This document shows, one piece after another, positions 59,286-64,000 of a stretch of DNA of 64,000 nucleotides. Below the pieces are notes generated by a model that was given only the letters and a program-made list of their open reading frames with translations, was not told where the DNA came from and did no database searches. Both the position numbers and the translations under genes were made by a program. Every line of letters starts with the position of its first letter. Within the stretch, counting starts at the first letter, position 1. This DNA is from Selaginella moellendorffii (lineage: Eukaryota > Plantae > Lycopodiophyta): contig NW_003314272.1 in the NCBI RefSeq assembly GCF_000143415.4, positions 716,184 through 780,183 on the forward strand. Direction: 5' to 3'.

Positions 59286-60459
59286 ATGGCGGAGAGCGGC
59301 GATGGAGTAGGAGGTGGAGGCGCCGCGACGCCCTTCGACGCCGCTCACGTCGCCGAGGTCAAGGCATGGATCACCAGCACTTTCGAGGCGGTGAATCGAG
59401 AGGTACCGGCATTCGAGTACACGCCGCGCACCGTCGCGCATCTCCACGGCCTGGCAACCCTATCGCAGAATCGCACGCAGGTAGTGGGGATTGTGGCGGC
59501 CGATCTGCGGCAGAAGGCAGCGGAGTTTCGAGCGGAAGGTGCGTGTGCGTAGATCACATTTTCTGGAAATCCCGATCGCGATGATCTTTGCTTTGGTACT
59601 AGCTGCCAGAGTGAGGGAAATTCTGGACTGCGCGGGCTTGGCGCAGGAGAATTTCTCGCAGAGTGGAGTGGCTGCCGCTCAGACGCTTGCAACAGCCGCC
59701 CATTTGCTGGATCTTAAAGACACCGAGACCGGAAGGTTGGAACTTTGTTTTCTTTCTTACGAGCTTGTTTCAAAACACCATGCTTGCTTACAGCTTCTTG
59801 ATAGCCATGGCAGACCTCTCCCTTAAGAAAACCGACATTGAAGAGAAGCGCGCGGCGGTAAAGAAAGAGTCGAAAATGCTCCTCGACAACACGCGAAAAG
59901 CCATTTCCAGATTGACATATCTAAAGAGGTGGTGTTCTCGAGGTTTTTATCAGTTCTTATTGCCTTTCTTTTACTCCTAGAACTCTTGGACAGCTCGAAG
60001 AGGAAGTGGCCGCACGAGATGGACTCATGGGACAGTGGGAGACAAACCTAAAGGTGATGGCCTCCAAAGAGCGCCAATACTTGCAACAGCTTGCCAACTA
60101 CAAGGTAGTGTCACTTCTGTCTGGAAAAAGTTCCAACGCCTTTTGCTTTCTTTTCTTTACAGGCAATCCTTTCCCGTGTGGGATACACACCCGAGATCAG
60201 CCACGGCGTGTTAATGCAAATGGTTGAGCACCGAAAGGACCTGGAGAGAAAAACAAAGCCAATCCTCGACACCCTGCGGAGCTACCAGGATTTGCCGCCG
60301 GTAAGAGCCTCAGCTGTCCATGTTCTTAAAATCAATGCGCTTTGCCAGGACAAAGCTCTCGCCGAGCTCGCGATTGAAGACAAGCGAAGAGAGTACGAGG
60401 CCGCGGAGAAGCATCTCGAAGAGGCGCTCCAGTCGGCCTTAAACACAACAAATGACTAG
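59286..60459 (+). CDS. AUG1: Augmin subunit 1 (HAUS1), multi-exon
   Basis: EVKAWITSTFEAVNREVPAFEYTPRTVAHL, DLRQKAAEFRAE, LRSYQDLPPDKALA. Confidence 0.9.
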
Positions 60460-60977
60460 CGCGGACTTGCGGGGTATCTCGTTTGTTTTCACTCTTCTGT
60501 ACCGATTTCATGATTCCAGGCAGATCACGCAGAGCTTTTATACGCTCTAAGTCACGATCATCCAGCAGGACAGCTTCACGCTCTCTGATCTTGGCTCTCA
60601 GCAACTGGATCAAACTTTATGAGAGTTTGCGCTATCGAGCTCGACACCTGTTCTTCCTTCTGGGTGATAAAGCGGAGCGCACTAAAAATCTCCATTTTGC
60701 TTTTCCCAGGCCTCGAAAGTCGGTGCGTGGCCGCTGCTTTCTTCGCGTCGTCGCTCCCCTCATGATCGCCTGGTAAAAGGCCATGGCCGTGTCCACGTGG
60801 CGCCGTGCCATTAGTGGCAGTCAACGGCACCAGGCATTTCCCCCGGATTGCCGGCCATGTCATAAGCCCCGCGCATTCAAAAGACTGGAAGAGGAGAGAG
60901 AGTGAGAACTAGGAGGAGGAAGAAGAAGAGGCGTTGCGCTTAGATACCAGAGAAGAGAGGAAGAGAGCAAGAAGAAG

Positions 60978-61643
60978 ATGGGATCGAGCGCGGCGTGGAT
61001 TTGCGCGCTGCTCGTGGCGGCGGCGCTGATCGGGGAGGGGAATGGGCAGCCCGCGGCGGCGGTGGATTGCACGTCCCAGCTCGCGCCGGTGGCGCCGTGC
61101 CTGGATTACGTCCAGGGCAATGGCAAGACGCCATCCTCGGATTGCTGCAAGGGATTGTCGTCGCTGGTGACCACCAGCCCCGTCTGCCTGTGCCAGCTCT
61201 CCGAGGGCAAGCTCAATCTCTCGGCGCTGGGCGTCACCGTGGATATGAAGCGAGCGCTCAGCCTCCCCACGGTTTGCAAGATCAAGGGCGCCGATCGGAG
61301 CCGGTGCGCGGGTAAGCTTTCCATTCCATTCTCTGTTGCGAAGCTCGAATCTCATTGTGTTTCTCTCGTTCTTCCAGCGATTCTAGGAACTCCAGCTGCA
61401 GCTCCTCAGGGTAAACCCATGGTTTCTCGGCGATAGATCGTACTGACATTGCGTTTCTCTGCTTTTGTTGTGGCTCTAGCCGCGGGGCCTGGGCCGGCTA
61501 TGGTGTCCGGGAGCGAGACGGGGTCTCCGGGAGCTGGATCTGGTGCAGCCGCGACGCCCACAGGAGCAGCAACAATGGCGACTTCTTCCGGGACATTGAT
61601 CCTCGCAGCAGCAGCTCTGTTGGCGTGGAAATGCACCTCATAG
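60978..61643 (+). CDS. GPI-anchored non-specific lipid transfer protein (LTPG; exons 60978-61311, 61378-61410, 61480-61643)
   Basis: Signal peptide, 8-Cys motif (C..C..CC..CLC..C..C), Pro/Ala/Gly linker, hydrophobic C-terminus. Confidence 0.9.
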
Positions 61644-61960
61644 AGCGATGCAGCGACTGATCCGCGAGCGAGCGAGCGAGTAGAGACAGCTATGGATTCG
61701 TCGTGATGGTTTTTGGGTCTTTGTTTTTCCTTCCTTCTAGCCATAGCCATAGCAGCAGCAGCTGATTGATTGATTGATTGATCGCACCATTCCACTCTAC
61801 GTGTTTTGTTCATCCGCCTGTCGCTGTTCTATATCAGATAATCGCGCTCCGTTGTCCGTGCTGATTTTTAAATACCACCGACCCAAGCACGCAAGCAGCC
61901 CGTGAGATCTGTCCACTATCACTCTGTTTTTAGGGTTCCTTGCAATTCAAAAAATCTCGT

Positions 61961-63536
61961 TTACAATCCCAAATTAGGGTTCTTGCTTGTGACAATGCCA
62001 TCGTTCCCCGCGAGGGCGCGATACTTGTCCTTGCGCGTGAGAGTGGTACACTGGTAGCCCATGGCGTCCGCGATTAGCCGCTGGACGTGGTTGGCGACGT
62101 CGTGGCTGCTCCGCCCGCCGCCGCCGCATGTTTGATCCGGTGGGAGCTGCTCCAGGAATTCCATCTCGTACCTCACGGCCGGATTCATGAAGAAGAAGAG
62201 GAAATCCAGGCACTTCCACCCGCGCGCGCTGGTGCCGTGGAAGACCGGCATGGTAGTCGCCAGGGACACGGGGACGATGGTGTCCGTGAGCTCCGCGAAG
62301 AGGGCGCTGAAGCGCAGCAAGCAGGGCTGGCGGCACGTCGTGCCCTCGGGGCATACCGCCAGGTGGCCCTGCGCGAGCAGCCGCGTCATGCTGCGGGCGT
62401 CTCGGTCCTTGCAGCGCGTGAGCCGCGCGGTGCGTATCGGGGAGAAGAGCTCGGACACCCGGCTGAGGCTGTAGGTGACGGCCGCGACGGCCTGGCCCAT
62501 CACGAAGGAGATGAAGACGGGGTCGAGAAGCGTACGGTGGGAGAGGACGAAGAGGACGCCCCGCTGGGAGGGCTGGAATATCCGCGGCGGGAGACGCCCC
62601 CTGACGCGGACGGACACCCCGAGGAGGTGCTCGACGGGCAGCGCGACGCGCTTGGGGAGGCAGATACCCAACAGGATGCGAGTGATCGCGAGCGGGATCG
62701 CGAATGGGAGCCAGAGGAGGATCGTGAGCGCCCAGAGAGGGGTCGGCCTGTGAACGAGCCTACCGTCGTGGAAGATGAGCGGCGGCGCGGAGATCTTTGC
62801 CTGCTCGCCATCGCCATCGTGATCCCCCACAATGTAAGCCTTCTGCGCGATCAAATCCATGCAATACACCATCAGTCTCGATCCAAAGACGACGAAATCT
62901 TACCTTGCAGAGCTCCGCGAAGGAGTCGGACCCAATGCCTATATCCGGGCTGTTAAGCTCCTTGACCGCGCGGTACCTCTCCCGTCCGCGCGGTATGCCG
63001 CGGACCAGCCCAGTGTACCATCCGCCGCGCGTCACGTGCAGCTCGCTGCCCAGCACATGCTCCGTCTCCAGGAAGCTCTTTGCGAACGACTCCACCATGA
63101 CGCGCGGTAGGGACGTGACGACGTACCGCCGGTCACATGTCGCAAAGACGCGGTGGACGCCGCGGTGCACGTCGTCAAGAAAGGCCTTTGGCAGTACCGC
63201 GCGGGCGACGCATCGTACCGCCGCGTCGTGCAGCCCCGCGAACGTCACAAAGGCGTACAGCCGGATGTCCGCATCGCGGCATTGGAGGATGTGGGTGAGG
63301 ATCCAGACGATGGGGAAGAAGGCGAGGAGGAGGAGAGCTCTGAGAGGACTCCCGGCCTCGAGCGCGACGAGGAAGAAGTATGGAAATGTAGAGCTCGATC
63401 GGAGAAGGCCGCCCTCGAGGAGCGATACCACTCGCTGCTCGGGCCGGGCGTCGGCCGTGTCGATAGGATCAAAGAGGCGAGCTCCATCGGCGTCGGCGTT
63501 CTCGGTGGTGGATTTCCGGAGCTGGACGTAGATCAT
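61961..63536 (-). CDS. GPAT: sn-2 GPAT C, phosphatase motifs degenerate (exons 63536-62904, 62842-61961)
   Basis: SHRTLLDP and [10 protein letters not shown] intact; HAD motif I reads LLEGGLL and motif III reads GIGSDS. Confidence 0.92.
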
Positions 63537-63685
63537 CTTGGAAGAACTCGAGTGTGAGTGAGTGCTCGGGGATGCACGAAACGCTCTAAGATCTTGGTGA
63601 TGGAAGAAGATCAAAGCACTGCTTGGTGATGGAAGATCTTTGAGGTTGGAAAACTCTAGAGATTATATAGCAGCCGCGGGAGATT

Positions 63686-63722
63686 CCACCACCACCACCA
63701 CCACCACCACCACCACCACCAC
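63686..63722. repeat. (CCA)12 microsatellite upstream of GPAT C
   Basis: Direct read; lies next to a TATA-like tatata at about 63664. Confidence 0.95.
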
Positions 63723-64000
63723 GACGATCGCTGGCGCCACCACTAGAACTTAGAACGACTCATTCCAGATCACGAGAGAGGAGCATGGGGGGGGGATTGG
63801 ATTTGGAGGATGCGTGGCTCTCGTCCCGCCGAAGTTGCGCCACTCCAAAGTGGATCTGGAGGAGAAAGGTTTGTAAAGGGGGGACTCGAAAAATCCCTTG
63901 GTTGGTAGTGAAAGTGCTTGAGTCGTGGAAATCTTTTCCCTAGATCAATGGTGAAAAGGGCGAAAGGAAACAAAATCCCGACACCATGTGTCTCGCCATT

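Overview
Gene-dense eukaryotic nuclear DNA from a land plant. Introns are mostly about 50-60 nt, intergenic gaps are short and the PPR repeats are S-rich, which suggests the lycophyte Selaginella (inference). All identifications come from motif recognition by eye, with no database searches. Housekeeping genes include GatA, LIP2, RbcX, OST3/6, mS26-like, TauE, a U-box/ARM ligase, TAP46, VPS60, an EamA transporter, tRNA-Ser(UGA), two PPRs, UBC22, AUG1 and a laccase. Interleaved with them are unusual elements: (1) a triplicated GH19 chitinase-like gene lacking its catalytic Glu, two copies of which form a ~2.8-kb palindrome; (2) a decayed fungal/bacterial-type 2OG-Fe(II) gene; (3) a plastid-targeted, cyanobacterial-type DUF815 AAA+ protein; (4) a spliced SUMO-like-domain gene; (5) an intronless Fic gene with a full active-site motif but apparently no inhibitory Glu, lying between a divergent AUX/LAX and a divergent Dof gene; (6) adjacent ALS and HVA22 pseudogene fragments beside a 318-bp (AT)n; (7) a kinase-less S-domain receptor facing three secreted EUL-type lectins; and (8) a candidate cutin/suberin locus of three sn-2 GPATs plus a GPI-anchored LTP.
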